Shown here piece after piece: positions 27,707-38,236 of a stretch of DNA of 64,000 nt (position 1 is the first letter of the stretch; each line of letters starts with the position of its first letter). The position numbers and the translations under genes were made by a program. Below the pieces are notes generated by a model that saw nothing but the letters and a program-made list of their open reading frames with translations, did not search any database and was not told the DNA's origin. This stretch comes from Oligoflexales bacterium (lineage in GTDB: Bacteria; Bdellovibrionota_B; Oligoflexia; Oligoflexales; JAPPIL01), in assembly GCA_965215515.1 (NCBI GenBank), contig OZ244057.1, positions 224,001-288,000 of the forward strand, in the 5' to 3' direction.

Positions 27707-28900
27707 ATGTTTTACGATGATCGTATCATGCCTGTATCACTGCCAAAGATTGCAACGGCTTTGTGCGTTGCTTCCGTGCTTGTGGAGTGCAAAGATCAGA
27801 CCGCAGGCAGCAAAGAGCATCTGCCCGATGTATCTGAACACGAGCAGCGTTACTATGCTTTCCAACTCAGGGCCTACCAAGATCGGCATGGTCAAAGGAA
27901 GTTTCGCCAGCTAAGCGACACCAGCTGGCATGATGTCGAGTTGCGGGTTGCTGTCCGTTTCTCGCCAGGTCACGGAGATATGGGCGACGGCTATAGCAAC
28001 CCTTTCATAGAAGTCAGAAACATGGACGACCCCTCCGACTGCCACACAGTTGAGTCGCGCCACGATCCTGACTCCGATCCACCTATCTACGCAAAGGCTA
28101 AGGCTAAGACCGACTACCGCAAACGCTTGGACTTTCACGCGACCCTCGCGAGCGGACGGGTGGGCGAGGCCAAGATGTTCACCTTCCTGTGGTTTTGGGG
28201 AAAACAATCCACCAGCTACGGTATCATGAAACGTCTGCAAATAACCCAAACATACCCCGACAAACGCAGTGTTTATTTCTTGACCGACAAACAGATAAAA
28301 CTCTCTCCCGATGACATCGCACAGCGTTTTTTCAGTGCGAAAGCAGATAAGACATGTGCACAGGCCGCGGCGCAAAACCGCGTCAACAACCCTCCCGTCG
28401 AAGGTGTGTGGTATCACGCGTTTGTGCTCCCCAGACTCGAAGGCACGGGAAAAGGCAAAAAACTGCTTCACAAAAACAAAAAAATTGTCCTCCGACTAGC
28501 ATTCCGCCTCACTAAAGGCGGTGGGCAGCACGTGCAGGTGATTGTCAGGGATCTGGACAAACCTTCTTCGTGTCACGTGTTCACCAAGTATGCCCAGACA
28601 CTTGATTGGCGGGCACATGATGACAGGCTCTACGACAAGCACATTGTAATTTCCAAGAAATTTGGAGATAGTAGCCGTTACTACCTGCTAACTTGGTTGT
28701 TGGACAAAGAAAAACGCGCGCGCATAGATTATTTCTACCTCGACGAACGGGCGGGTGGCCCCTTTCACGAATACAGCCCCGCGGGCAATGCCAGCTTCTC
28801 CATTCCCGCTTTAGCACTCAGCCGCGCTGACATCGCGGCTAGATTTCCCGCCGCTAACCCCGCCGAGGGTTGTGTCGCCCCTCAGCCACAACAACACTGA
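27707..28900 (+). CDS. Hypothetical exported protein with two homologous halves
   Basis: VRNMDDPSDCH / VRDLDKPSSCH and LSPDDIAQRF / LSRADIAARF; LVEC near the N-terminus. Confidence 0.7.
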   Translation: MFYDDRIMPVSLPKIATALCVASVLVECKDQTAGSKEHLPDVSEHEQRYYAFQLRAYQDRHGQRKFRQLSDTSWHDVELRVAVRFSPGHGDMGDGYSNPFIEVRNMDDPSDCHTVESRHDPDSDPPIYAKAKAKTDYRKRLDFHATLASGRVGEAKMFTFLWFWGKQSTSYGIMKRLQITQTYPDKRSVYFLTDKQIKLSPDDIAQRFFSAKADKTCAQAAAQNRVNNPPVEGVWYHAFVLPRLEGTGKGKKLLHKNKKIVLRLAFRLTKGGGQHVQVIVRDLDKPSSCHVFTKYAQTLDWRAHDDRLYDKHIVISKKFGDSSRYYLLTWLLDKEKRARIDYFYLDERAGGPFHEYSPAGNASFSIPALALSRADIAARFPAANPAEGCVAPQPQQH

Positions 28901-28962
28901 CAGCCTGCGAAGAAACGTGACCTGGTCAAAAAAGGACTTCGCCCCTCGCACCCCAGCGTGTT

Positions 28963-29751
28963 CTAAACAACCATCTCCTCAATCCTCAGGCTGGCAGTAG
29001 TAGGGTAGGCGCGATAAAACTTCCCCGCGTTATAGATAAGAAAGTTCGGTACCGTCCACGCATCGAGACCTAGCAACAGTTTACCGTACGGCGAACGACA
29101 CGCGAGCGGGAGGTGAAAATGTCCGAAGATACCCGTCTGTGCGGGGCTGCGGTCGATCCACGCCGCGGCGTAGTGCTGCACCCGTCGCGTATCGCAGTCG
29201 TGTGCTGTGCTATGGCGACGCGATAGGGCGGCAACTTTTGCGCTGATGGTGTCGAGCAGTTTGCCAGGGAGACGAGCAGCGAGAAGACCAGTCGTCCGTG
29301 CCTTGAGCAGATAACGCACTAGGCGGTAAGAGCGCTCTGGCAACAACAGGTCACCGTGCGTGAGCTGCACACTCCCGCCGTCGGGCAAAGGAAGACAGTA
29401 GTCGAAGGCGGTGCTGATTTCTGCGGGCAGCCAGTTGTTGGCGGCCAGATGAAACTCATGATTGCCTTCCAGCAGCAACACCTGTGCGGCACAACCTTGC
29501 AGTGCTTCTGCACAGAAGGCGAATTTTCTGTGAAAATACTGATGGTTACCGAGGCAAAAATCAAACACATCACCCAGCAGCGCCAAGGTGTGTAGCTCGT
29601 AACGACGCAGATACGTCAGCAACGTGAGTAGCAGTTTACTGGTGGGGTCAGCGGCGGAGCGCAAATGTAAGTCGGACATAAATACGGTCGCCTTGTGCAG
29701 AATATCAGGTGCAGCTTGTTGCGTTGAATTAGCTTGCAAATCGAAATGCAT
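28963..29751 (-). CDS. lpxH: UDP-2,3-diacylglucosamine diphosphatase
   Basis: FMSDLHL, LGDVFD, EGNHE, HGD, GHFH metallophosphoesterase motifs. Confidence 0.85.
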   Translation of the reverse strand: MHFDLQANSTQQAAPDILHKATVFMSDLHLRSAADPTSKLLLTLLTYLRRYELHTLALLGDVFDFCLGNHQYFHRKFAFCAEALQGCAAQVLLLEGNHEFHLAANNWLPAEISTAFDYCLPLPDGGSVQLTHGDLLLPERSYRLVRYLLKARTTGLLAARLPGKLLDTISAKVAALSRRHSTAHDCDTRRVQHYAAAWIDRSPAQTGIFGHFHLPLACRSPYGKLLLGLDAWTVPNFLIYNAGKFYRAYPTTASLRIEEMVV

Positions 29752-29804
29752 TCTGGTTTCCTGCCCCGTCGGTTAGCATCAGGTGACTGAGGAGGTAAGG
29801 CAAA

Positions 29805-30053
29805 ATGGTAGCTGTGGTCGAGAGCAAGGTCAAACAGATAATAGTTAGCCAACTCGGAGTCGAGGAAGCCGCGGTGGTCGGGAAGGCCAGGTTCATCGAG
29901 GATCTGGGGGCTGATTCGCTCGATATCGTCGAACTGGTGATGGCGATGGAAGAAGCGTTCGAGATCGATATTCCTGACGAAGAGGCGGAAAACATTCGCA
30001 CCGTCAATGACGCGGTATCATTCATCCGCAAGATAAGCCCAGAAAAAAAGTAA
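29805..30053 (+). CDS. acpP: Acyl carrier protein
   Basis: [20 protein letters not shown]. Confidence 0.98.
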   Translation: MVAVVESKVKQIIVSQLGVEEAAVVGKARFIEDLGADSLDIVELVMAMEEAFEIDIPDEEAENIRTVNDAVSFIRKISPEKK

Positions 30054-30060
30054 TTCTGTC

Positions 30061-30486
30061 ATGAAGATTGGCATTGCGGCGGATCATGCGGGGCGAGAGC
30101 TGAAACGGCTGCTTGTCGCCGCGCTCGCTCCTACGCCGCACGACTACGGTGTGCACGGCGAGGAGGAGGTGGATTACCCCGACTATGCCCGCCGTGTTGC
30201 GCAAGCTGTCGATGGGGGAGCGATCGCACGCGGTATCGCCATCTGTGGCACGGGGATCGGGATGGCCATCGTAGCCAACCGCTTCCACAACGTCAGAGCT
30301 GCGAACGTTTGGAGTGAGCAGACTTGCCTGTTGTCGCGCACGCACAACGATGCAAACGTTCTCTGTCTCGGTGCCCGCCTACTTGACCATCGTCAAGCAC
30401 TCAAGTGGGCACAGCTGTGGCTCGACACCTCCTTCCACGACGAGGAACGTCATCGTCGTCGTGTGGCCAAAACGGTGCGCCGATGA
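30061..30486 (+). CDS. rpiB: Ribose-5-phosphate isomerase B
   Basis: ADHAG, DYPD, ICGTGIGM, HNDANVLCLG. Confidence 0.97.
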   Translation: MKIGIAADHAGRELKRLLVAALAPTPHDYGVHGEEEVDYPDYARRVAQAVDGGAIARGIAICGTGIGMAIVANRFHNVRAANVWSEQTCLLSRTHNDANVLCLGARLLDHRQALKWAQLWLDTSFHDEERHRRRVAKTVRR

Positions 30487-31739
30487 ACAAACCCTGGCTG
30501 CCGTTACAGGAACACGACGACAAACTCTATCGGCTCTGCGAGCGGGAACTGCTGCGTCAGCGGGAGGGGCTGGAGCTTATCGCATCGGAAAACTTCGTCT
30601 CCCCGCAGCTGCTCACGGCAGTCGCCAATCCTTTCACCAACAAGTATGCTGAGGGGCTGCCAGGCAAACGTTACTACGGTGGTTGTGCCGTCACCGACGA
30701 ATTGGAAACTTTGGCGATCACCCGTGCCAAGAATCTTTTTCAGGCAGAATTTGCCAACGTACAGCCGCATTCTGGAGCACAGGCGAACAGTGCGGCGTTG
30801 ATGGCTCTGGCAGAGCCAGGTGATACCATTCTCGGTCTCGATCTCGCACAGGGAGGGCATCTAACCCACGGTTCGCCTGTTAATTTTTCGGGGAAGCACT
30901 ATCGTGCTCATTTCTATGGTGTGTGTGAGGAAACGGGACGGATTGATTATGATTTCGTCGCGCAGCAAGCGCGAGAACTCAAGCCCAAGGTGATCATCGC
31001 AGGGGCAAGCTCCTACCCGCGCCATATCGATTTCGAAGCTTTCCATCGTATCAGCAGGGAGGTCAATGCCCGTCTGCTGGCTGATATTGCACACATCGCG
31101 GGTCTTGTCGCGGCCGACTTGCACACGAGTCCGTTTCCGTGGGCTGACGTGGTCACCAGCACGACACACAAGACCTTGCGCGGCCCGCGCGGTGGTCTGT
31201 TGTTGTGGAACGATGCCGAACTCACCCCCGCCCTCAACCGTGCCGTGTTTCCTGGCACGCAAGGCGGCCCTCTGCAACATGTCATCGCCGCAAAAGCTCT
31301 GTGTTTTAAGGAGGCGAGCACTGCTGCGTTCCGTGCCTATCAGCAGGAGGTGGTCGATAACTGCCGCGCTATCGCCGCGCCACTTGTAGCACAAGGGATG
31401 CGCTTGTTGACGGGCGGCACAGATAACCACCTGCTGCTCATCGATCTGCGAGGCAGTGAGCTTTCGGGCAAAGACTACGAACAGGCACTGGATAAAGTCG
31501 CGATCACCACCAACAAAAACATGGTCCCTGGCGACCCGCGCAGTCCGTTTGTGACCAGCGGTCTGCGGATCGGTACCGCGGCCGTCACGAGCCGTGGTCT
31601 GGGTAGGGCCGAGATGGAGGACATCGCGGCTTTCCTTGTGCGTACCCATGCCAACCACAGCGATGCACAGTATCTGGCTGCATTGCGGCAGGAAGTCACC
31701 GCGCTGGCCAGACGCTTCCCGCTCTATCCACAGTGGTGA
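30483..31739 (+). CDS. glyA: Serine hydroxymethyltransferase
   Basis: LELIASENF, NKYAEG, TTHKTLRGPRGG; ATG 30483 overlaps the rpiB stop. Confidence 0.98.
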   Translation: MNKPWLPLQEHDDKLYRLCERELLRQREGLELIASENFVSPQLLTAVANPFTNKYAEGLPGKRYYGGCAVTDELETLAITRAKNLFQAEFANVQPHSGAQANSAALMALAEPGDTILGLDLAQGGHLTHGSPVNFSGKHYRAHFYGVCEETGRIDYDFVAQQARELKPKVIIAGASSYPRHIDFEAFHRISREVNARLLADIAHIAGLVAADLHTSPFPWADVVTSTTHKTLRGPRGGLLLWNDAELTPALNRAVFPGTQGGPLQHVIAAKALCFKEASTAAFRAYQQEVVDNCRAIAAPLVAQGMRLLTGGTDNHLLLIDLRGSELSGKDYEQALDKVAITTNKNMVPGDPRSPFVTSGLRIGTAAVTSRGLGRAEMEDIAAFLVRTHANHSDAQYLAALRQEVTALARRFPLYPQW

Positions 31740-31858
31740 ACGTAGCAAAACCTGCTGTCGTCCAACGGCTTAAATTTTGAGGATGATTGTGTTGTGGGGA
31801 GAAATTGCGAAAATTTCCTTAGGCTCGTAGTGATTTATTCCGACCAGCGGTGGGGTAG

Positions 31859-32350
31859 GTGCTGGAGGTGTCTGGATTGAAAACGATGTTGATGGTTGTC
31901 GCGGTAGGTGTTCTGGGGAGCTGCGCGGGTGAGCGCAGCGGTACGGGGCTGACCGCTGGTGCTGAGGTTAGCGATGCTGAGGCTGGCACACCCTACAAGC
32001 TGGAGTTTTCAGCCATAAACATTCCCCCCGACGGCAAGGGGCATACACGTGTGGAAGTGAAACTCAAAATCGGCAAGGTACTTGTCAGCGACGGCAAGTC
32101 AGCGCGAGCTAGGGTCAGGTTAAGGCATTTGGTTAGAAACGCCGACGGTGGGTACATGCTGGAGGCTTTTGAGCACGGTGGCGAGGGACGCTTGTCACAC
32201 GGAACGACTACTTTTCTCGTGCCTCTAGAGCCTGGCGAATCATACGTGCTGCGAGTGGAAGCTGAGATCGATAACAAGCAGATTTCAGGTCAGAGTGGTG
32301 TCGTCACAGTTCCGCAGGAAGATGTGCTGGATGAAGAAGACCTTCCCTAG
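31859..32350 (+). CDS. Hypothetical lipoprotein
   Basis: LGSC lipobox. Confidence 0.65.
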   Translation: MLEVSGLKTMLMVVAVGVLGSCAGERSGTGLTAGAEVSDAEAGTPYKLEFSAINIPPDGKGHTRVEVKLKIGKVLVSDGKSARARVRLRHLVRNADGGYMLEAFEHGGEGRLSHGTTTFLVPLEPGESYVLRVEAEIDNKQISGQSGVVTVPQEDVLDEEDLP

Positions 32351-32429
32351 CTGGTTTTCGTTTTTGTCAGCGGGTGTGGGAAGGAGAAAGGGAACACGGA
32401 CGGCAAAGAGCAAGGCAAATAAAGTGACT

Positions 32430-32458
32430 TTGACGCTGAGAGTGAATGCAGTTATAGT
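32430..32458 (+). promoter_or_regulatory. sigma70-type promoter for the tol operon
   Basis: TTGACG-N17-TATAGT. Confidence 0.55.
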
Positions 32459-32506
32459 TGAAGATAGCTCGGCAAAGTGATGTCTTCAATCGTCCGCAGG
32501 TCAGAT

Positions 32507-33304
32507 ATGCTCAAGTTATCGCTCACATTATTGACTTCATTGTTTGTTTTCGCACCCCGCGGCTGGGCAGAAAGTAACACCCCACCGCTACTCAGCGGAG
32601 TCATGTCGCATCTCGAACAGACAGGCATCGTAGTGCTGAGTGTCTTGGTAATCCTCGTGCTCGCCTCGATCAGCACATGGTCGGTCTTCTGCGCAAAGTG
32701 GTTCTCGCTGCGCCGCGTCGAAAAACAAACAGCTAACTTCGTAGAAAACTTCTGGGAAAGTCGCTCGTTGAACGATCTGAACAAACGCCTGCACGACTTC
32801 TCCCCCTCCCCCACCCGAGAAATTTTTCGCGTCGGCTACGCCGAACTCGTGCGCACCAGCCAAATCAAAACCCCTGAACGATCGACAACACTGGCAACGA
32901 CGATCGCTATCGACAACATCAGCCGCTCGCTGCACAAAACCCGCATCGTCGAACGACGCGGTATGGAGCACCTCATCCCCCTGCTCGCCATCAGCGCCTC
33001 AGCCTGCCCCTTCATCGGCCTCTTCGGCACGGTGTGGGGTATCATGGGGGCATTTGAAGGTATCGCCATCTCAGGCGATGCCAGCCTCGCCGCCGTCGCT
33101 CCAGGTATCTCGGAAGCCCTCGTCGCCACTGCCTTCGGACTGGCAGCCGCCATCCCCGCCGCCGTCGGCTACAACCTGCTAGTGAACAAAGTGCGCGACG
33201 TACTGACCAGCGCCGAAAGCTTCAGCGCCGATTTCCTGAACATCATCGAACGTTACCTAGTGTCAGAGAAAACCGCACCGTCCGCGGACGCGGTAACCAC
33301 TTGA
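32507..33304 (+). CDS. tolQ: TolQ (MotA/TolQ/ExbB family)
   Basis: PFIGLFGTVWGIM, VAPGISEALVATAFGL; first gene of the tol cluster. Confidence 0.9.
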   Translation: MLKLSLTLLTSLFVFAPRGWAESNTPPLLSGVMSHLEQTGIVVLSVLVILVLASISTWSVFCAKWFSLRRVEKQTANFVENFWESRSLNDLNKRLHDFSPSPTREIFRVGYAELVRTSQIKTPERSTTLATTIAIDNISRSLHKTRIVERRGMEHLIPLLAISASACPFIGLFGTVWGIMGAFEGIAISGDASLAAVAPGISEALVATAFGLAAAIPAAVGYNLLVNKVRDVLTSAESFSADFLNIIERYLVSEKTAPSADAVTT

Positions 33305-33314
33305 GGGTGATGCC

Positions 33315-33737
33315 GTGCGTACCCCAAGTTTCCCCAACTACCCAGAAATCGACGACCTCAAAGAAATAAACGTCGTGCCGTTCGTCGATGTCATGCTGGT
33401 GTTGCTGGTAATCTTCATGGCCACCGCCCCCCTAACCGTAGGCGGCTTGACCGTTAAATTGCCCGAAAGCAGCGTTAGCAACAAGTCATTGAACACCCAA
33501 CCACTTGTAATTACAATCAAAAAAAACGGTTCTTACTTTCTTGCCCAAGAGGAAGTGAGCGGCAAAGACTTGCGCCAACGCCTCCACACGGTGCTGGAAC
33601 TGCGCCAATCACGTCGTGTCTATATTCGTGCGGATCAACGCGTCATTCATGGCAAGGTAGTACACGCCATGTCTGCGGCACGACAGGCAGGGGCAAGCGC
33701 CCTCAAAATTCTCACCAAAGTCGCACACAAACGATGA
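33315..33737 (+). CDS. tolR: TolR/ExbD
   Basis: EINVVPFVDVMLVLLVIFM, IRAD. Confidence 0.9.
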   Translation: MRTPSFPNYPEIDDLKEINVVPFVDVMLVLLVIFMATAPLTVGGLTVKLPESSVSNKSLNTQPLVITIKKNGSYFLAQEEVSGKDLRQRLHTVLELRQSRRVYIRADQRVIHGKVVHAMSAARQAGASALKILTKVAHKR

Positions 33738-33794
33738 GCAGAAAAGCCGCGGCACAACCGACACAGAGCAAAAACACCCCGCGAGCACAGCACC

Positions 33795-34586
33795 ATGAAC
33801 GCGTATAACAAACTAGAAAAACACCTACTGCGCGGTAGTTTTGTGCTGTTTCTCGCCCTGCATCTCGCGGCATTGCTGGTCATCCCCCTGCTCAAGCCCG
33901 TACCCCTACCAGAAGAAATCAGTATCGATATCGATTTGCTCCCCGATCACCTCGTCCTCGCCGACACCTCTAGCACAGAAAAGCCCAAGTCGGTCAACAT
34001 GCTGCCGCAACTACCGAAAAAATTTGTGCTACAAAAACCACTACCACTACCGATTGACCCTGAACCAGCCCCCGCACAAACAAAACAACCACCAAAGCCA
34101 AAGCACAAACCCGTCGAAAATATCAGCGAACACACCACACACCGCGAAGAAAACGTGCTCAAAGTCAACGAAGCCCTACAACGCCTGGCACTAGACAAGC
34201 TACGCAGCCAAAAACGCCAGGAGAAAAAACGCACCAAAGCCCTCAGTCAAAAAATGCAAAAAGCAATCACCAACCTCAGCAAACTGAAAGGCCGCGGCAC
34301 ACTGCTCAGCAACTACCAAACGGCCTTGCGCATAGCGATCAGACGCAACTTTATCCTGCCCGATATCTACGACCTAAAGAACGCCAACATCGAGGCCAAA
34401 CTGGAAATAAGAGTCGATTCCCGCGGCAACCTGCTACAGATGCGACTGATAAAATCATCTCGTAACAAAATATTCGATGATCTCGCGATGGCAGCGGTAC
34501 GCAACAGCTCGCCTTTCCCTATACCGCCTGCCGAGCTGGTCAACAAAACAATCTACGTTAACCTTACGCCACTGATGACTGGTTAG
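33795..34586 (+). CDS. tolA: TolA/TonB C-terminal domain protein
   Basis: TM anchor, Pro/Lys-rich linker, SSRNKIFDDLAMAAV..SSPFP; lies between tolR and tolB. Confidence 0.8.
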   Translation: MNAYNKLEKHLLRGSFVLFLALHLAALLVIPLLKPVPLPEEISIDIDLLPDHLVLADTSSTEKPKSVNMLPQLPKKFVLQKPLPLPIDPEPAPAQTKQPPKPKHKPVENISEHTTHREENVLKVNEALQRLALDKLRSQKRQEKKRTKALSQKMQKAITNLSKLKGRGTLLSNYQTALRIAIRRNFILPDIYDLKNANIEAKLEIRVDSRGNLLQMRLIKSSRNKIFDDLAMAAVRNSSPFPIPPAELVNKTIYVNLTPLMTG

Positions 34587-34595
34587 GAGGACACC

Positions 34596-35948
34596 GTGCG
34601 CCACAACCATACGCTAGGACTGCTGCTTCTGCTGCTGCCGTTTTCTTTGCCCGCCACCCCCCTGATAGTCAACGTGGACAACCCCTCGTTCAGAAAAATC
34701 GTCACCGCAGTGCCACACTTTCACGTACAGACCAAGCAACAAGACAGCGCTGCCCTCGCACAATGGGCACAACAACGCTTGCGCAGCCTGCTGGAATTCA
34801 GCCGCCTGTTCAACGTCAGGCGCGGTAAAGCTTACGAAAACACCACCCTGCCCTTGACCAGCTTCCGCAAACTCGGCGTTGAAACACTGGTGCAAGGAAC
34901 ACTCAGCACAGGCAAAGACAAAAAAAACCTCAGCCTGCAACTCAACACGCTCGATATCAAACGTAAAACAACCATCATCACCAAAACATACCCCCGCGTG
35001 TCTCGTACCAACATCGATGCCGTGCTACGTGACTACGGCGACAAAGTACTCAAAACTTACACCCGCAAATCTGGTTTGTTTTTTTCTAAAATTACCTTTG
35101 TCGGCAAGAAAACTAAGCAAGACTACAAACAGATCTACACGATGGATTTTGATGGCGGCAATCTCACGCAGATTACCCGCACCCCCGCCCACCATCTGTC
35201 GCCTGCCTGGAGTCCTGATGGTCGTTATCTCGTCTATACTTCGTTTGAAGATGGCAATCCTGACTTGTTTATTTACGACCACGTGCACCAGACCCATAAC
35301 AAGCTCTCAGGTCGGGCGGGGATTAACAGCGGTGGGTATTTCGCTCATACAGGCGACATCGTCGCGTTCACGGGCTCGCAACGAGGTGACACGGACATCT
35401 ACGTCATCGATCGGCGCGGAACGTCACGACAACGCCTAATCAAAGGGATGGGTCTCGATGTCGATCCTGCCTTCTCGCCTGATGGCAAGTGGTTGGCATT
35501 CGTCTCAGGGCGGTATGGCAACCCGCACATCTTTAGAGCAACCTTGCAGTGGAATATGGATCGATTGCGCGTGACGGACGACAAACGCTTGACCTACGCG
35601 GGCTGGTACAATGCCAACCCAGCCTGGTCACCAGACTCACGCAAAATCGCTTTCGCAGGCTACGATCGCGATATCGATCGGTTCGACATCTTCCTGATGA
35701 ACGCAGATGGCTCACACCTCGAACGCATGACCCTCAACAACGGCGATAACGAGAGTCCTTCGTGGTCGCCCAACGGCATGTTATTGGTCTTTTTTTCCAC
35801 CCGCACCGCGCACCGCAAACGCAAAGGAGCGGCACAGCTTTATCTCATGAACCGTGACGGCAGCATGCAACGCAAGCTATCCACAGGCTTATACAGTGCT
35901 CAAACCCCTCGCTGGAGCAACAATACCAACAGTCTTGCGCAACCTTAG
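34596..35948 (+). CDS. tolB: TolB beta-propeller protein
   Basis: Repeated PAWSPDG/PAFSPDG (PD40) motifs. Confidence 0.93.
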   Translation: MRHNHTLGLLLLLLPFSLPATPLIVNVDNPSFRKIVTAVPHFHVQTKQQDSAALAQWAQQRLRSLLEFSRLFNVRRGKAYENTTLPLTSFRKLGVETLVQGTLSTGKDKKNLSLQLNTLDIKRKTTIITKTYPRVSRTNIDAVLRDYGDKVLKTYTRKSGLFFSKITFVGKKTKQDYKQIYTMDFDGGNLTQITRTPAHHLSPAWSPDGRYLVYTSFEDGNPDLFIYDHVHQTHNKLSGRAGINSGGYFAHTGDIVAFTGSQRGDTDIYVIDRRGTSRQRLIKGMGLDVDPAFSPDGKWLAFVSGRYGNPHIFRATLQWNMDRLRVTDDKRLTYAGWYNANPAWSPDSRKIAFAGYDRDIDRFDIFLMNADGSHLERMTLNNGDNESPSWSPNGMLLVFFSTRTAHRKRKGAAQLYLMNRDGSMQRKLSTGLYSAQTPRWSNNTNSLAQP

Positions 35949-35951
35949 CCC

Positions 35952-36485
35952 ATGCGCTTGCTGCTGACAACACTGTGTGCTTGGTGGTGCAGTGCCTACA
36001 CCCTAGGCGATCGCCTGTTGCTGCAAGTCAATGATCGCAGTTTCACTCAACGTCAGCTAGAGGCACACATACTGGTGAGGGAGGCATTACGAGTTACACC
36101 TCAACCCGCGGCTATCTCGGCACAGAGGTGGCGCGCCCTGCTGGACACGTTTCGGGAAGACATGCTCATCCTGTCGGAATTGGAACGTTACGATCGCTAC
36201 CTTCCCCGCGCCGCGGACATCGAGACGGCTGAGCACTATGTGCTACAGAAACGTACCGCACTGCAAGCTGACTTCGTACGCCTCGGCATCGACGACGACA
36301 TGTTGCGCAAGTTAATCGTCACCAACCTGAAGATAAACTCCTACCGCCGCGTCCAGAGTAAAAATACCACCACCGCAACAAGTTGGCTGCGAAAGATAGA
36401 ACGACGCAATGCCGTGCGCTTCTACCGTGGTAGTTCCCTGTGGATGCCGATCCATCCCCAATGGCGCGACCCTGCCACACGTTAA
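35952..36485 (+). CDS. Hypothetical exported protein (possibly SurA N-terminal-like)
   Basis: Signal-like N-terminus, DRLLLQVND motif; coupled to tolB. Confidence 0.55.
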   Translation: MRLLLTTLCAWWCSAYTLGDRLLLQVNDRSFTQRQLEAHILVREALRVTPQPAAISAQRWRALLDTFREDMLILSELERYDRYLPRAADIETAEHYVLQKRTALQADFVRLGIDDDMLRKLIVTNLKINSYRRVQSKNTTTATSWLRKIERRNAVRFYRGSSLWMPIHPQWRDPATR

Positions 36486-36553
36486 TTTGCAAGACCACCT
36501 GATCTGTTGTAGGATGGAGATATAATTGCGATAACAGTGAGGGAGAATACGCC

Positions 36554-37339
36554 ATGTGCCGATGGTTGCCTGTGTGTGCCGCACTCCTGCTGGTCTACGC
36601 CGCTCGTGCCGTGTCCGAAGACCACGAGCGCTGGTATATTGTCTCTATGGGTGATTCGATAACCGCGGGTTTCAACACCCGCTGGCCTGGCGACTTCCAT
36701 AACGCCCGCTACAACTGGTCGACGGGTAGCTCAAAACGCGTAGACAGCCATTTTAAAAAACTCAAAAAAATAACCTCCAAAGATGTAAGAGCCACCAACG
36801 TCGCCAAATCACGAGCAACATCACATGAGCTAGCCCTGCAATGGCGCAGGATCGAGACACCGACCATAGATTATCTGACGCTGTTGATCGGTGCTAACGA
36901 TGTCTGTAGTTGGACTGACGAATACACCGAAGACAAGCACAGATTCCGCGACAACGTAAGAAACATTATCGACAAAGCTATCGCCGTTAACACCGATGTG
37001 CAGATTTTGCTAGCCGCCATTCCCAACATGTACCACCTTTACGAACAGGGCAAAAACAGCTGCGGGGTACGGTGGGATTATTTCGAGGCCTGCCCCAGCC
37101 TCCTGAGTTCCAGACGCACCGACGCACAACGCTTGGCGTTTCAAGAACGCCTTCTCGCAGCCAACGAGACGTTGGCTGCGATTGCCTCCCATTACAGGGC
37201 AAACGTAAAATTCATCGGCGAAGTCTTTGCTTTCGAGTTCACCATGCAACACGTCTCCCGCATCGACTGTTTCCACCCCTCGATCAGGGGACAAAACACG
37301 CTGGCGCGCATTACGTGGGAGAACGGCTGGTACAGATAG
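36554..37339 (+). CDS. SGNH/GDSL hydrolase
   Basis: GDSITAG, IGANDVC, DCFHPS. Confidence 0.92.
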   Translation: MCRWLPVCAALLLVYAARAVSEDHERWYIVSMGDSITAGFNTRWPGDFHNARYNWSTGSSKRVDSHFKKLKKITSKDVRATNVAKSRATSHELALQWRRIETPTIDYLTLLIGANDVCSWTDEYTEDKHRFRDNVRNIIDKAIAVNTDVQILLAAIPNMYHLYEQGKNSCGVRWDYFEACPSLLSSRRTDAQRLAFQERLLAANETLAAIASHYRANVKFIGEVFAFEFTMQHVSRIDCFHPSIRGQNTLARITWENGWYR

Positions 37340-37386
37340 GAGTAGGAGATCTTGTGCGGCCAGAGGGAGGCCGAACACATACCGAA

Positions 37387-37460
37387 AGCGGGCAAAGGGA
37401 CTCGAACCCTCGACCTTCGCGATGGCAACGCGACGCTCTAGCCAACTGAGCTACGCCCGC
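37387..37460 (-). tRNA. tRNA-Gly (GCC)
   Basis: GCGGGCGTAGCTCAG...TCGCG-TTGCCAT-CGCGA...GGTTCGAGTCC; CCA not encoded. Confidence 0.96.
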
Positions 37461-37471
37461 AGAAAAGCCGC

Positions 37472-37499
37472 ATTCTACATGACTGTCTGTCTGTGTCAA
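37472..37499 (-). promoter_or_regulatory. Promoter for tRNA-Gly
   Basis: TTGACA-N16-TAGAAT. Confidence 0.6.
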
Positions 37500-37581
37500 G
37501 AAATCTCGCTCCGCCCTGACTCTTCGCCCCAGTTGCGCGGCGAAGTGTGGTAGGATAAACGGATAGAAGGAGGGAGAAGCG

Positions 37582-38235
37582 ATGCTTGACTTCGATATCG
37601 TGCAGGAGTTACTGGCTCTCAGTCTGGTGGGCACTGAATGGGTGCTGTGGTTATTGGTATTGCTCAGCGTCGTCTCGGTGTCGGTCATGCTGGAGCGCTT
37701 TTGGTGCTTCTATCGCCTGCGACTCGACATGCGCCCCTTCACGCACGAATTGACCCGCTGCTTGCGCAACGGCGAATACGAGCGGGCGATCGCCTTGTGC
37801 GAGCACAGCGAGGCCCCAGAAAGACAAGTCGCCTTGGCAGCCTTCCGCAATCGTGGGCGGGGCACAAAGGCAGTCGAGCAGAGCATGCTCAATATCCTGA
37901 TAAGTCAGCGACAACGCCTCGATCGCGGTCTCGTCGTGCTCGGCACGCTGGGCAACAACGCACCCTTCATCGGTCTATTCGGCACAGTGCTGGGTATTAT
38001 TCAGGCTTTCAACGACCTCTCCCACAACCCCGAAGGAGGCGTGCCTGTCGTGATGGCTGGCATCTCCGAAGCATTGGTCGCTACGGCAGTCGGCCTGCTG
38101 GTGGCGATACCCGCGGTTATCGCTTTTAATGGGTTACAAAGACTGGTAAAAAGAAAAGTCGCCAATGCCGACGCGGTGATGAAGTTGGTGTTGACCCACG
38201 ACGCGGCTACCGCCCCGACGAAGACGGCTGACTGA
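37582..38235 (+). CDS. MotA/TolQ/ExbB proton channel protein
   Basis: LGTLGNNAPFIGLFGTVLGII, GISEALVATAVGL. Confidence 0.92.
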   Translation: MLDFDIVQELLALSLVGTEWVLWLLVLLSVVSVSVMLERFWCFYRLRLDMRPFTHELTRCLRNGEYERAIALCEHSEAPERQVALAAFRNRGRGTKAVEQSMLNILISQRQRLDRGLVVLGTLGNNAPFIGLFGTVLGIIQAFNDLSHNPEGGVPVVMAGISEALVATAVGLLVAIPAVIAFNGLQRLVKRKVANADAVMKLVLTHDAATAPTKTAD

Positions 38236-38236
38236 G

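Noticed and set aside
30861..31748. Long antisense ORFs here and at 4453..5145, 10414..11139 and 16645..17505
   Set aside because: Shadows of well-supported opposite-strand genes
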